DNA of 61,691 nucleotides, from contig JBDRFF010000015.1 of the NCBI GenBank assembly GCA_043819095.1, positions 1-61,691 on the forward strand. Direction: 5' to 3'. The translations under genes were made by a program, and so were the position numbers. Below, piece by piece: positions 10,368 to 21,018 of the stretch; position 1 is the stretch's first letter; each line of letters starts with the position of its first letter. The notes below the pieces were generated by a model. That model was not told where the DNA came from. It did not search any database and saw only the letters and a list, made by a program, of their open reading frames with translations. Origin of the DNA: Candidatus Omnitrophota bacterium. Its GTDB lineage: Bacteria; Omnitrophota; Gorgyraeia; VGKH01.

Positions 10368-11897
10368 ATGTTAGCTAAATCTTACAGTTTTGGTCTGTCC
10401 GGTCTGGATGGGCTTTTGGTTGAAATCGAGGTGGATATAACCAGGGGCCTGCCTTGCGCTATTATTGTCGGTCTGCCTGACAATGCTGTAAAAGAAAGCA
10501 AAGAACGCGTGCGGGCTGCGATTAAAAACAGCGGCTTTAATTATCCGGCTGATAGGATTACGGTCAGCCTTGCACCAGCGGATATCAAGAAAGAGGGTCC
10601 GCTTTTTGACCTGCCTATCGCGCTAGGTATACTTGCCGCCACAAAACAAATCGATAAAGAAAAACTAAGAAATTTTATAATTTTGGGAGAGCTGGCCTTG
10701 GATGGTAATATTAGGCCTGTAAAGGGGAGCTTACCAATCGCCTTATCTATCGCTAAATCGGGATTTAATTGCCTGCTCTTGCCTAAAGAAAATGCGTTGG
10801 AGGCGGCAATAGTAAAAAAGATTAGCGTTTATCCAGTCAAAACTCTCGTCGAGGTAGTTAATTTCTTAAGCGATCCTGATTCTACCAAGCCGATAAAAGT
10901 TGATGCAGAAGATATATTGAAGGGGTGCCGTGATTATGATGTGGACTTTTCAGAGGTAAAAGGCCAGATTCATGTCAAGCGGGCGCTTGAAGTCGCAGCA
11001 GCAGGCGGACACAATGTGCTTCTTATCGGCCCGCCCGGAAGCGGAAAGACAATGCTCGCTAAAAGAATCCCTACGATAATTCCGGACATGAATCTTGATG
11101 AAGCCCTAGAAACAACTAAAATTCATTCAATATCAGGATTGGTTCCTTCAGGAAGCGGTCTAATCGCCGCCCGACCGTTTAGAACATCTCACCATACAAG
11201 TTCGGATATCGCGCTCGTCGGCGGAGGACCAATGCCGAAACCCGGAGAGATAAGTCTGGCTCATAATGGAATCTTGTTCTTGGATGAGCTCCCAGAATTC
11301 CATCGCGATGTGCTTGAAGCCTTACGGCAGCCTTTAGAAGACGGATTTATAACCGTATCGCGCGCAACAAAAACCTTGAAATTTCCCTCTAAATTTATGC
11401 TCATCTGTGCGATGAATCCTTGCCCCTGCGGCTACTTTACTGATCCCAAAAAGCAATGCCGATGTACACCTACCAAAATACACAGATACCTTTCTAAGGT
11501 ATCGGGACCTCTCTTAGATAGAATCGATATATATATCGAGGTCCCTTCCTTGCAATATAAGGAATTGACTAGCGAAGCCCAAACTGAATCATCAAAGACG
11601 ATTAAATCCAGAGTCGATAAAACGCGTTCGGTCCAACGAAAAAGATATTCAAACAAAATCTTCTCTAATGCCCAAATGAACCACGCCCAGATTAAAAAAT
11701 ATTGCACGATTGATGAAGAAGCCAAGCAGCTTCTTAAGATGGCAGTAAATGAATTAGGGTTTTCTGCGCGGGCCTACGATAAGATTTTAAAGATTAGCCG
11801 CACAATCGCGGATTTGGCAGGGGAAAATCAGATCTTGTCAGAGCATGTCTCCGAGGCCATACAATACAGAAGCCTTGATAGGAATCTTTGGTTCTAA
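10368..11897 (+). CDS. yifB: YifB/ComM family Mg-chelatase-like ATPase
   Basis: 509 aa. Lon-protease-like N-domain, Walker A GPPGSGKTMLAKR, GILFLDELPEF, CPCG zinc motif. Confidence 0.9.
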   Translation: MLAKSYSFGLSGLDGLLVEIEVDITRGLPCAIIVGLPDNAVKESKERVRAAIKNSGFNYPADRITVSLAPADIKKEGPLFDLPIALGILAATKQIDKEKLRNFIILGELALDGNIRPVKGSLPIALSIAKSGFNCLLLPKENALEAAIVKKISVYPVKTLVEVVNFLSDPDSTKPIKVDAEDILKGCRDYDVDFSEVKGQIHVKRALEVAAAGGHNVLLIGPPGSGKTMLAKRIPTIIPDMNLDEALETTKIHSISGLVPSGSGLIAARPFRTSHHTSSDIALVGGGPMPKPGEISLAHNGILFLDELPEFHRDVLEALRQPLEDGFITVSRATKTLKFPSKFMLICAMNPCPCGYFTDPKKQCRCTPTKIHRYLSKVSGPLLDRIDIYIEVPSLQYKELTSEAQTESSKTIKSRVDKTRSVQRKRYSNKIFSNAQMNHAQIKKYCTIDEEAKQLLKMAVNELGFSARAYDKILKISRTIADLAGENQILSEHVSEAIQYRSLDRNLWF

Positions 11898-11898
11898 T

Positions 11899-13155
11899 CT
11901 ATTCGGCTACTACCTCTGTTTCTTGATGAAGACTTAGTGCTCCTTGCCAATCTCTGTTTAATACCTTTAGCGCATTGACTCGCGCCTGTTCGAATTTTTT
12001 AAGTCTTTTTGGCCTAAGCGTAAAAGCAGCGCCAACAACACAAAAGATAATAATAACTACCAGGACAATAGTTTTTGATCTTATATTTTTTACATAACTC
12101 GGAAGGCATTTTATGGCTGTCAGGATAAAAACAGTTTTTGTTAACCCGTAATAAATAAATTGCCTTTCAGAATAGAAAAATCCTCTTAGCCTGGTAATCC
12201 AGAATATTAGAGGACCTAGCAAAAAAAGAATAAGAAAAGCCAGAGGGGCTGTGGCATATTTTCTGTTTTCTTTCCTCTTGAAGCATAAGACGATCACAAA
12301 AAACATAAAAGGAATTATTATTGATTGATGTACCCACATCTTAAAAAAATCATCCCAGCTAGCTCCGTAACGAACCATATCCCAGATTCCTGCGCGAAAA
12401 CAATAGTACAAAACAATGCAAAGCGGCAGCAAGAATAAACCAATAGTCTTTATAAGGATATTTTTAAAATCCTCCCATTTCACCAAATTTACCATAAAAT
12501 AAGCCAATGCTATAGCGCTGATCTGAAAAACCGCCGCCGTCGCCGACAAAGAAAGAAGGATCAGCATAACGAAAAAAAGCCAGTTCTTCTTAGCGTCTAA
12601 CAGGCTCGTAGCTAATACTAGAAGGAAGATAGAGTTCCAGGAAGCATAAGGCCTGGTTTCAGCAGCATAATAATAGATCTGTTGTGCAAACAAATAACCG
12701 ATCGGTACGCATAAAAGCAAAAATAGCTGGGCTGTTTTAATTGTGATATCCTCTTTAGTTTTTACTATCTCTCTTCTAAACAAAAACATAATCATTAATG
12801 CACTAAACGCCGTAATTCCGTTGGCGAACAAACGGAAATAGACTTCTTCAGACATTCCAAAATATGATACTTTTTCTTTTAGCTGGTCTAGCACCTTGCA
12901 GGCAAGATAGTCAAGGGGGGCCGGGCTTCCCTGCTGCTTTGCTCCGTGTAATAAAGTTGTGATATAGCTATCGCCCCTAACGTTTGTGATTAAACCATAA
13001 GTCTCATCTCCCCAGAAAGGTTTATTAGAAGATTCAACGAGTTGGCTTAAAAAGAATATAATTACAATAAATAAGTAGACTGCTAAGAAAACTAAATTTA
13101 ATCCTTTCTCTATATGCGATTGATTTTTTCTACTTCTAATCATCATCTGATCCAT
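11899..13155 (-). CDS. polytopic membrane protein, putative GT-C fold glycosyltransferase
   Basis: About 11 TM helices. First loop FWGDETYG resembles the DE motif of ArnT/PMT-type enzymes. Adjacent to YfhO and GT2 genes. Confidence 0.4.
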   Translation of the reverse strand: MDQMMIRSRKNQSHIEKGLNLVFLAVYLFIVIIFFLSQLVESSNKPFWGDETYGLITNVRGDSYITTLLHGAKQQGSPAPLDYLACKVLDQLKEKVSYFGMSEEVYFRLFANGITAFSALMIMFLFRREIVKTKEDITIKTAQLFLLLCVPIGYLFAQQIYYYAAETRPYASWNSIFLLVLATSLLDAKKNWLFFVMLILLSLSATAAVFQISAIALAYFMVNLVKWEDFKNILIKTIGLFLLPLCIVLYYCFRAGIWDMVRYGASWDDFFKMWVHQSIIIPFMFFVIVLCFKRKENRKYATAPLAFLILFLLGPLIFWITRLRGFFYSERQFIYYGLTKTVFILTAIKCLPSYVKNIRSKTIVLVVIIIFCVVGAAFTLRPKRLKKFEQARVNALKVLNRDWQGALSLHQETEVVAE

Positions 13156-13369
13156 CTTTGATTAACTTGCCCTCTGCTAAAACACCATTATTCAGCTTCT
13201 TTTAACAATATTTCCTATAACGGAATTACATTTATCCTGAATAAATTATAATCATATCGGGATTAAATTCTAAGGTCTCTCTCGTTTAGTAAAATAAGAT
13301 TCTGTAATATAGTGAACCCAGGTATTCCCATATTTAACATTTCGAACTTTTTATCCCAAACCAACTCAT

Positions 13370-15601
13370 TTAATTTTTTCTTTTAAAAACGCCCGCAGGA
13401 GTAAAAATAAAGATTAAAGAAATAAACAGAAAAGAAAGACTTATTAGCAAACCTGTCCTTAGGGATTGCGGCGAGTAAATAAACTTTATAGAATGCTTAC
13501 CCTTTTTTAGAAAAACTGCACGCGTAGCGATATTTAAGAATAGTATTTTCTCTTGCTTTTTATCAACGAATGCTTTCCACCCCGGATATGCCGTCTCACG
13601 TAGCACTAAAAAACCATCAACCGATGCATCGACATTAATTATTACTTTATTGCTGGATCGTTCCACTGTCTCTATGCTGGAAGAAGATGAAGCTTTTCTA
13701 AAAACCGATTGGGATATATCTTCTTTAATCTCCTGCCCAGCCACAAAGAAAACTCTGGGTTCTAATCTTGGATTTTTATAAATTTTTATTGTCCCGTCGT
13801 CAAAGAGTAACTCTAACTCGTCGGATTGCAAAGAAACAGACGAAGTAATATATTTTACATTTAATAAACCGAGCTTCTCAAGATATTGATCAATTAGTAA
13901 ATGACCGCCTCTCTCTTGTAAAGAATATAGAAAAGAATAAGAACTAAAATATATTGGCCCGGCCATATTGGCAGATTCTATCTTCCAGGGAACGAAAAAG
14001 GGAATCTTTCGTACTTCCTGGTGTCTTTGGATACCATAAGGAAAATCTGGGCCGATATTATAGACTCTGAATATATCTTTATCTTGTTTTAAAAAACGTA
14101 CGCTTTCAGAAGCTGTAGTAACGGCCTTTATATCCGTGGGAACATTGTGCGAACAGTTCAAGATAAATAAATCTATAAAGGTAACAATAATTATTATAGA
14201 ATTAAACGCCTTTGTTTCTATCTTTTTATTTTTCTTTAAAAATAGCAGGAATACGATAATTGCAAAGAAAATTATTATGAGTTGATTATGAATATTTTTT
14301 AAGTCGAAGCCTCTAACAAATTTCGAAGCGGAATTGCCAAGATACAAAATACAATTAAATAAGATCACGATTAGCAATAGGCTTAGGCTAAATATGGTTA
14401 ATGCTCGAAGTAGCTTTTTTAGCAATATCTCGTCCTTTAAAACAAAACTTAACCCTAACCCTGCCAAAATCGCTGAGGTAAAACTCGAAACAAAAACAAA
14501 ACGGCAGGGAAACATAAAATACTGGAAAGGTAAAATTATATGATAGGCAATAAAAAATATAGGGAGGTTTTTACCTAAGGCTAATAATAAAGATAAAATA
14601 AAAAGCCAAAAAAAGACCTTCGCTCTTCTATCGTTACGTATACGACTAAATGAAGCAAAGAGGAAACAGAGAGGAAAAATTCCCATATAAACAAAAAGTT
14701 CCCAAAGACTCCCCTTTCCCCAATAAGGGTTTGTTTCCGTGATAGTAGAATCTTTACCAAAAAAATACGGGAATATATATGTTATAAAGTTCCTGAAGGG
14801 AAAACTGATGGCTTTCGCATGTTTAAACTCGACTCTGGAAGACCTCATGGAAGCCTGAGTCAATTCTGCTGTAGGCAAGATCTGAACCGCTGCTATTCCG
14901 GATGCTATCGTAAGAATTAATACGAGTAAAAGAACGTATATAATAATTTTATTGTAATTACGGCTACTGCTGATATCTCTAAAAGCCTTAAATGCAAAAT
15001 ATATCGCAGAAAAGAAAATGCCGTATATTGCTATTTGAGGATGTCCCGGCAGAAAAGATAACCCCATTGACATGCCAATCAGAAAGATATATCTTATCTG
15101 CCGATTCTTAAAATATAGATTTATAAATAAAAAAATCAGCGGCAAAAAAGTTGCCGAAAAGATCATTGTAATATGGGCGAGCCTTCCAGCAAAAAAACCG
15201 CCAAACATAAAAACTATAGCAGAAAATAAAGAGGAGACCCTGTCTAAATCTAATGACCGGCAAAAAAGAAAGGTAAATAATCCTGCCATAAAGAAATAGG
15301 CACATATAAGTATGTTGATAGCCGTATGCGGATTAAAAAGATAAAGTAATAAAAGGTTAAGCGGGTCGAATATCCCTACTTCGGGATTGGCCATTAAGGG
15401 AAAGCCACAATTTAGATAATTCGTCCAAAGAGGAAATATTAAATTCTTAAGGTCATTTGATACTAGGACACGGGCAAAATAATAGTAATAAAGATCACCA
15501 ATAAGGTATATCTTTTTTAAAAAAATAATTTTGTAAAAATAAATGACGTTAAAAACAGCTATTACGCCAACAGGCCAAACCGACTTTAAAAATCTTTTCA
15601 T
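13370..15601 (-). CDS. YfhO-family membrane protein (putative glycosyltransferase)
   Basis: 743 aa. Many N-terminal TM helices, a soluble C-terminal domain and a final TM. Immediately downstream of a GtrB/CsbB-like GT2 gene. Confidence 0.55.
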   Translation of the reverse strand: MKRFLKSVWPVGVIAVFNVIYFYKIIFLKKIYLIGDLYYYYFARVLVSNDLKNLIFPLWTNYLNCGFPLMANPEVGIFDPLNLLLLYLFNPHTAINILICAYFFMAGLFTFLFCRSLDLDRVSSLFSAIVFMFGGFFAGRLAHITMIFSATFLPLIFLFINLYFKNRQIRYIFLIGMSMGLSFLPGHPQIAIYGIFFSAIYFAFKAFRDISSSRNYNKIIIYVLLLVLILTIASGIAAVQILPTAELTQASMRSSRVEFKHAKAISFPFRNFITYIFPYFFGKDSTITETNPYWGKGSLWELFVYMGIFPLCFLFASFSRIRNDRRAKVFFWLFILSLLLALGKNLPIFFIAYHIILPFQYFMFPCRFVFVSSFTSAILAGLGLSFVLKDEILLKKLLRALTIFSLSLLLIVILFNCILYLGNSASKFVRGFDLKNIHNQLIIIFFAIIVFLLFLKKNKKIETKAFNSIIIIVTFIDLFILNCSHNVPTDIKAVTTASESVRFLKQDKDIFRVYNIGPDFPYGIQRHQEVRKIPFFVPWKIESANMAGPIYFSSYSFLYSLQERGGHLLIDQYLEKLGLLNVKYITSSVSLQSDELELLFDDGTIKIYKNPRLEPRVFFVAGQEIKEDISQSVFRKASSSSSIETVERSSNKVIINVDASVDGFLVLRETAYPGWKAFVDKKQEKILFLNIATRAVFLKKGKHSIKFIYSPQSLRTGLLISLSFLFISLIFIFTPAGVFKRKN

Positions 15602-15615
15602 TTTACTTTTATGGA

Positions 15616-16308
15616 TTAAAGATTATGTCTAAATCGATATTGAAAAAGCGAGATATATCTTAATCCCATTTTAAAAATATTAAAATTATTCCTACCTGCT
15701 TTTCTGTTCGAATAGACCGTGGGGATTTCTGCTAATTTAAATCCTTTAAGTTGAGCTTTAATTGAAAGTTCGGGGGAAATAGTGAAGTCGTCGGATTCTG
15801 GATTAATTTCTAAAAACACCTTCTTCTTAAAACCCCTAAAGGCATTGGTGATATCATTGACGTTAAACCCAAATAAAATTTTACATACAAATGAATAACT
15901 TCTACTGAAAAAAGCCTTTATATAATTTAGATCTCCGGTAGACCCCCCGGGCATATATCTGGATGCAAAAACTAAATCATAGCCATTTTGAATTTTCTCA
16001 ATTATAAGAGGAGTAGTTCCGATATCGTCTGATCTATCCGCCATCACCCATATTATAATCTCTCCATTGGCAGCCCGGGTCCCTTGCCTAAGAGAGACTC
16101 CCATCCCTTTCTTGTCACCTTTTCTTTGTATAATTTTAATTTGAGGACAATCCCGGGAAATTTGTTTGACTACTTGATAAGTCTTATCCTGACTGTGATC
16201 GTCAACAACGATAATTTCTGAAACCATGCCGAGTTTAAGAATATCCCTAAGCACATAGCTGATATTTTTCTCTTCATTATGTGCCGGTATAACTATTGAT
16301 GTCTTCAT
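15616..16308 (-). CDS. family 2 glycosyltransferase (polyprenol-phosphate sugar transferase, GtrB/CsbB/DPM1-like)
   Basis: IVIPAHNEEKNI, VVDDHSQDKT and ADRSDD motifs. Confidence 0.8.
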   Translation of the reverse strand: MKTSIVIPAHNEEKNISYVLRDILKLGMVSEIIVVDDHSQDKTYQVVKQISRDCPQIKIIQRKGDKKGMGVSLRQGTRAANGEIIIWVMADRSDDIGTTPLIIEKIQNGYDLVFASRYMPGGSTGDLNYIKAFFSRSYSFVCKILFGFNVNDITNAFRGFKKKVFLEINPESDDFTISPELSIKAQLKGFKLAEIPTVYSNRKAGRNNFNIFKMGLRYISLFQYRFRHNL

Positions 16309-16326
16309 GATAAATATTTCTTTTTC

Positions 16327-16884
16327 TTAATCCTTAATCAAGGCTAATGTCTCGGCGCGGGTTTTTTGATTTTCCTTAAAGATGCCTCTTACCGCCGAAG
16401 TCACGGTTAAGGTCCCGGGTTTTTTTACGCCCCGCATGGACATACAAAGATGTTCTGCCTCGAGTACGACCATCACTCCCAGCGGTTTTAATTTTGACAT
16501 AATTATATCAGCGATTTGAGTAGTTAATCGCTCCTGAACCTGCGGCCGTTTGGCTAAGATATCCACAACTCTGGCTATTTTACTTAATCCCGTTACTCTG
16601 CCACCTTTTGGAATATATGCCACGTGCGCACGACCGATAAAAGGAAGTAGATGATGCTCGCAGACAGAATATAACGGAATTCCTTTAAGAAGGACTATCT
16701 CCTCGTGTTTCTGGTCGAGAATGACTTCAAGTTCCTTTTTAGGATCCTTGTGCACGCCCGAGAAAATCTCTTCATACATCTCAGCAACCCGCTTGGGAGT
16801 TTCCTTTAAATCCTGCTTTTTAGGATCCTCTCCGATTGCTTCTAAGATTGCCTTTATCGCATTTTCGATTTTTTTCTTATCCAT
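16327..16884 (-). CDS. folE: GTP cyclohydrolase I
   Basis: 185 aa. [10 protein letters not shown] and [10 protein letters not shown] motifs. Confidence 0.9.
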   Translation of the reverse strand: MDKKKIENAIKAILEAIGEDPKKQDLKETPKRVAEMYEEIFSGVHKDPKKELEVILDQKHEEIVLLKGIPLYSVCEHHLLPFIGRAHVAYIPKGGRVTGLSKIARVVDILAKRPQVQERLTTQIADIIMSKLKPLGVMVVLEAEHLCMSMRGVKKPGTLTVTSAVRGIFKENQKTRAETLALIKD

Positions 16885-16899
16885 TATCCCTCCCGAGAA

Positions 16900-17526
16900 T
16901 TATGAAAACTTCTTACCGCAACTTTTACATTTATATTTAGGCACAAGCATTGAAGCAATACCAATCAATATAAACCATATTGAGCCAAGTCCTATTTTTA
17001 ACATTCCATAAATACCTGCAGCGATAAATAAAATACCTAACAATTTCCCTGAACCACCTAAGAAGCTTTTCTGAACTTCAGAAGAATCACATTGTTCACA
17101 CTTTACTCCTTTAACAACCATTTCGTCTTTAAATTGTTCTTTAACTTCAGGGTGCATTAAGAAAATTAGTATCAATATATTTATTATTAATTGGAGAAAA
17201 GTCATTAATACAAAGGGAGTACCTATACGACCTCTGGGTGCGAATATTATTATTAATGCAGGCGGAACTGTAAAAAATAATGTGGTGAAATAAAAGAATA
17301 AATTGCATATTCGCGCATTTGCTTTTAATTTTAAAGATTCAATGCCTGTCCAAAATATGAAAATACCCGTAGGAATTAAAATTACCATTAATAACATAAA
17401 TATCGGATGATATTCTTCTGGATGTAGATTCAGCAATTTATAAACTGCGAAAGATACCGAAAGAGCTCCAATTATTAAATCTAATATTCCTAGCGCCCTT
17501 ATTGCTACTTTTATCTTCTTCTCCAT
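16900..17526 (-). CDS. membrane protein with C-terminal zinc-ribbon-like CxxC pairs, function unknown
   Basis: Start moved to MEKKIKV (ATG 17526, AAGGAGGG upstream). The track's N-terminal extension to 17607 reads through repeat copy A. CEQC...CKSC motifs. Confidence 0.5.
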   Translation of the reverse strand: MEKKIKVAIRALGILDLIIGALSVSFAVYKLLNLHPEEYHPIFMLLMVILIPTGIFIFWTGIESLKLKANARICNLFFYFTTLFFTVPPALIIIFAPRGRIGTPFVLMTFLQLIINILILIFLMHPEVKEQFKDEMVVKGVKCEQCDSSEVQKSFLGGSGKLLGILFIAAGIYGMLKIGLGSIWFILIGIASMLVPKYKCKSCGKKFS

Positions 17527-17539
17527 CACACCCTCCTTC

Positions 17540-17758
17540 AATGACGACCACGATTTACGGAACGATAGTGAACGTAAATCGTATGTTCGAATTGAACCCC
17601 CCACCACTTTTAATAATGAGGCGTTCTTTTATATAAAAACGTTTATCGTCTTTTCAAATCCACCATCTTTAATTCCACGGTTGTTTCTAAAAGTGGTGGG
17701 GGGTCAAATTCAGACTTACAACTTAGCTTCGTTATCACTCGCTAAGTTGTGTCTTCAT
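17540..17758 (-). repeat. nested-palindromic intergenic element, family 1, copy A (219 bp)
   Basis: Hairpin cgatttacg/cgtaaatcg. Long stem ccccccaccactttt/aaaagtggtgggggg. Hairpin acaacttagc/gctaagttgt. Lies between the mnmE stop (17764) and the SD of the next gene. Confidence 0.85.
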
Positions 17759-17763
17759 GTGAC

Positions 17764-19167
17764 CTATTTCCCTATACAAAATTCACTAAATATCTTATCC
17801 AATAAGTCTTTTTCAATTGTTCTTCCGGTGATGGAATCTAATTCTTCGACTGCTCCTTTTAGTTCCAAACAGACAAATTCCGTGGATATTTTGCGCGAAA
17901 TCACTTCTAATGTTTTTTCAATCTGTCCTAAAGCACTCCTTAATGCCTGGATATGTCGAATATTGCTTATAAATACACTTTTTTTATCCTTAAATTTTCC
18001 CTGCCAGACATTTTTGATAATTGTATCTTCTAAATTTTTTATTCCGAATTTCTTTAGCACGGAAATTTTTACAATTTTAGAATTTTTTGCAATTGATTTT
18101 AATCTATTCGTATTTATTTTTGAGGGCAAATCAATTTTATTGATAACAAAAATTATATTTTTTCCTTTTAGATTCTTCAAAAGCATTTTATCTTTATCTG
18201 ACAATTTTTGGCTGTTATCAAACAATAAAAGTGCTAAATCGCAATTATCAATTTGAGTATGGCTTCTTTTAATTGCCTCTTTTTCAACCAAATCCTTTGG
18301 CTCGATCATTCCGGCTGTATCCACAAATCTCAAAGGAATTCCTTTTAGATTTATGATTTCCTCGACGATGTCGCGCGTTGTGCCCGGGATGTGCGTGACA
18401 ATTGCCTTTTCTTCTTTTATTAAGGTATTTAACAAAGATGATTTTCCCACATTGGTCCGGCCGCAGATTACAACATTTATTCCTTCGCGCATGATTTTGC
18501 CTTGTTCTGAAGTTTCAAGAAGATTTTCGATTTGCTTTTTAGTATTATTTAATCGCGCGAGCTGCTGTCTTAAAGGCAATCTATTGATATCTTCCTCGGG
18601 AAAATCAATTTCAGCTTCCAAATACGCTAACACTTCAACTAATTCGTTTCGGATAGATTCGATTTCGCGAGACAATTCTCCTTTAAGTTGACTAACACTA
18701 ATCTCCAATGCCTGATCGGTTTTGGCATTGATTATATCTAAAACCGCCTCGGCCTGAGCCAAATCAATACGGCCATTTATAAATGCGCGTCGGGTAAATT
18801 CCCCTGCTTCAGCTAATCTTGCGCCCATTTTGATTGTTAAATCCAAAATTTTCTTTAAAGGTAAAATTCCACTGTGGCAATTTATCTCGACAATATCTTC
18901 TTTGGTATAACTTTTCGGCGCACGCATTACAGTTAAAATTACCTCATCGATTACTTCGGACTTGCCTTTCTTGCCATTTATAATCCAGCCATAGTGCGTG
19001 GAATAAGTCTTAAATTTAGATGGCTTCTTTTTTTCTTTTGAAGCAAATATCTTATCAACAATAGGCAAGGCATCTTTGCCGCTTAGGCGCACAATGCCGA
19101 TGCCGGCCTGGCCTAAAGCAGTTGAGACTGCCGCAATTGTATCGTCAAACTTTAACAGTTCTTTCAT
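17764..19167 (-). CDS. mnmE: tRNA modification GTPase MnmE
   Basis: 467 aa. G-domain GRTNVGKSSLLN, DTAG, C-terminal CIGK. Confidence 0.9.
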   Translation of the reverse strand: MKELLKFDDTIAAVSTALGQAGIGIVRLSGKDALPIVDKIFASKEKKKPSKFKTYSTHYGWIINGKKGKSEVIDEVILTVMRAPKSYTKEDIVEINCHSGILPLKKILDLTIKMGARLAEAGEFTRRAFINGRIDLAQAEAVLDIINAKTDQALEISVSQLKGELSREIESIRNELVEVLAYLEAEIDFPEEDINRLPLRQQLARLNNTKKQIENLLETSEQGKIMREGINVVICGRTNVGKSSLLNTLIKEEKAIVTHIPGTTRDIVEEIINLKGIPLRFVDTAGMIEPKDLVEKEAIKRSHTQIDNCDLALLLFDNSQKLSDKDKMLLKNLKGKNIIFVINKIDLPSKINTNRLKSIAKNSKIVKISVLKKFGIKNLEDTIIKNVWQGKFKDKKSVFISNIRHIQALRSALGQIEKTLEVISRKISTEFVCLELKGAVEELDSITGRTIEKDLLDKIFSEFCIGK

Positions 19168-20503
19168 AATTTCTTGCCTCTCCTACAACAAATAGAGATC
19201 CAGTAACGAGTATTATATCAGTTTTTTCCTGAATTGACTTGGATAATTCCAATGCTTCTTTTACTGACGAAGTCATCTTGATTTCTTTATTTTTTCCAAA
19301 AAATTCTTTCATTTTTTCAGGGACCAAAGCGCGCGGATGGTCTGCTTTTGTAAGAATAATTGTTTTGCTTATAGGTTCTAATTCTTTGCAGATTCCTTTT
19401 ATATCTTTATCTTGTGAAATTCCTAAAACTAAAATTACTTTTTTAGAACCAAAATATTTATTAATTGTTTCTTTTAATTCTTTTGCTGAAGCAATATTCT
19501 GAGCTCCGTCGAGAATTACAAAAGAATTTCTATTAATAATCTCAAATCTGCCTGGCCAAATAGTATCATCTAAACCTTTTTTAATCGCATCGGCAGATAC
19601 GATGATACTGTGCAATCTTAAAGAATCAACGATTCCTATAGCAGTAGCTGCATTGATCAGCTGGTGATTGCCTAATAATCCTGTTCTTAAATACGTATAT
19701 TCGCTAAAACTATCAAAGCAATTAAAAACCTGGCCATTGATATCAGAAGAGATTTCTTCAAAGAATATATCTTTATTTAATAAATACAATTTTGCATCGA
19801 ATTCTTTGCAGCGTTCCTTAATAACATTTAGGGCTTCTTCCGGTTGGGACGCGCTAACTACAATCTGATTTTTATTTTTAATTATACCGGCTTTTTCTTT
19901 AGCAATAGCTGTCAGGGTCTTGCCTAATCTTTGCGTGTGTTCAAAACTTATTGGCGTAATTCCGCAGACTAAAGCATCAACCACATTGGTTGCATCGAGC
20001 CTTCCGCCGATTCCAGTTTCAAGCACTGCAAAATCCACATTTTTTTCTTTAAAATACAGAAGCGCTAAGGCTGTGTAGACTTCAAAAAAGCTTAATTCTT
20101 CATTTTTATTTTGCTGAATAAATTTTTCAATTGCAATTTTCAATTTCTCGACGTATTTACAGATATCGGGTTCAGAAATGGAACCTTCAAAATCTTTATC
20201 TTCAAAATTGTTTTCAGAGGACAAAATCCTAATCCGCTCGCGAAAGCTTCCTAAATGCGGAGAAGTATATAATCCTGTTTTAAAACCAGCTCGACGCAAA
20301 ATATAAGCAATAAACGCGCAAGTCGATCCTTTTCCTTTAGTTCCTGCGATATGAATAAATTTTATTTTCTCTTGGGGATTGTCTAGAATACTAAGAAGCT
20401 TTTTTATTCTTTCTACTTTAAAACTTTGTTGGTAGGAAAAATCGGTTAATTTTTCGTAATCAATAAAAGAATTAAGGTAACCTTGAGCTTCTTGGAAGGT
20501 CAT
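19145..20503 (-). CDS. folC: folylpolyglutamate synthase / dihydrofolate synthase
   Basis: 452 aa. P-loop HIAGTKGKGST and Mur-ligase-type domains. Confidence 0.85.
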   Translation of the reverse strand: MTFQEAQGYLNSFIDYEKLTDFSYQQSFKVERIKKLLSILDNPQEKIKFIHIAGTKGKGSTCAFIAYILRRAGFKTGLYTSPHLGSFRERIRILSSENNFEDKDFEGSISEPDICKYVEKLKIAIEKFIQQNKNEELSFFEVYTALALLYFKEKNVDFAVLETGIGGRLDATNVVDALVCGITPISFEHTQRLGKTLTAIAKEKAGIIKNKNQIVVSASQPEEALNVIKERCKEFDAKLYLLNKDIFFEEISSDINGQVFNCFDSFSEYTYLRTGLLGNHQLINAATAIGIVDSLRLHSIIVSADAIKKGLDDTIWPGRFEIINRNSFVILDGAQNIASAKELKETINKYFGSKKVILVLGISQDKDIKGICKELEPISKTIILTKADHPRALVPEKMKEFFGKNKEIKMTSSVKEALELSKSIQEKTDIILVTGSLFVVGEARNYERTVKV

Positions 20504-20514
20504 ACATGAAAAGT

Positions 20515-20725
20515 TTAATGGATGAATTGCCTCATGCCGGTAAAGACCATAGCAATCTTTGCTTTATCAGCTTCTTTGATGATTTTCTCATCCGCTACTG
20601 AGCCTCCCGGCTAGATTATAGCTTTAATCTTTGCCTTGGCAATCTGGGCTATGGCATCTTCTTTGGGAAAGAATGCATCCGATTCTAACACAGCGTCTTT
20701 GGTTCTATCTTGAGATTTCCTTAAT
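20515..20725 (-). pseudogene. decayed duplicate of the purH 3' end (last ~65 codons plus stop)
   Basis: Aligns by eye, with scattered mismatches, to 22659..~22870, starting from the TAA stop. CAG (Gln in [12 protein letters not shown]) is TAG here at 20611..20613. Confidence 0.7.
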
Positions 20726-20771
20726 TTATCTGGACACGGTCTAAGGTTTGTGTATCAATTATTAATTATTT

Positions 20772-20945
20772 TTAGAGCCCTGGCGTAACCATCATGCAAT
20801 TGTGAACCCAGATTATAATAAGAATTGAAGCCGAAACAATAGCTATAATATTTCCCGTTTGTTCCTTTTTTTTATTATTTTGCTTGCGACCACTTTTCCC
20901 TACTATTACACCTACAATAACCAGTATGATAAATATGAAATCCAA
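20772..20945 (-). CDS. possible small two-TM membrane protein (57 aa, TTG start)
   Basis: Own translation: (M)DFIFIILVIVGVIVGKSGRKQNNKKKEQTGNIIAIVSASILIIIWVHNCMMVTPGL. AAGGAGG lies 6 nt upstream of the TTG. Below the ORF-track size cutoff. Confidence 0.25.
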   Translation of the reverse strand: MDFIFIILVIVGVIVGKSGRKQNNKKKEQTGNIIAIVSASILIIIWVHNCMMVTPGL

Positions 20946-21018
20946 GAGCCACCTCCTTTCTTCTTAATTATTTCAAAAAATTCTTTTTTCATAAGCTTCG
21001 AGATGTCTCGTGATTTTT

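Noticed and set aside
17527-17607. N-terminal extension of the track ORF 16900..17607 (MVGGSIRTYDLRSLSF...)
   Set aside because: The extension is a translation of repeat copy A. A strong SD (AAGGAGGG) precedes the internal ATG at 17526. The same applies to 44741..44875 upstream of the Lrp-like gene, which translates copy C.
17681-18256. 191-aa plus-strand ORF
   Set aside because: It starts inside repeat copy A and runs antisense through mnmE. It is an artefact of the AT-rich antisense frame.
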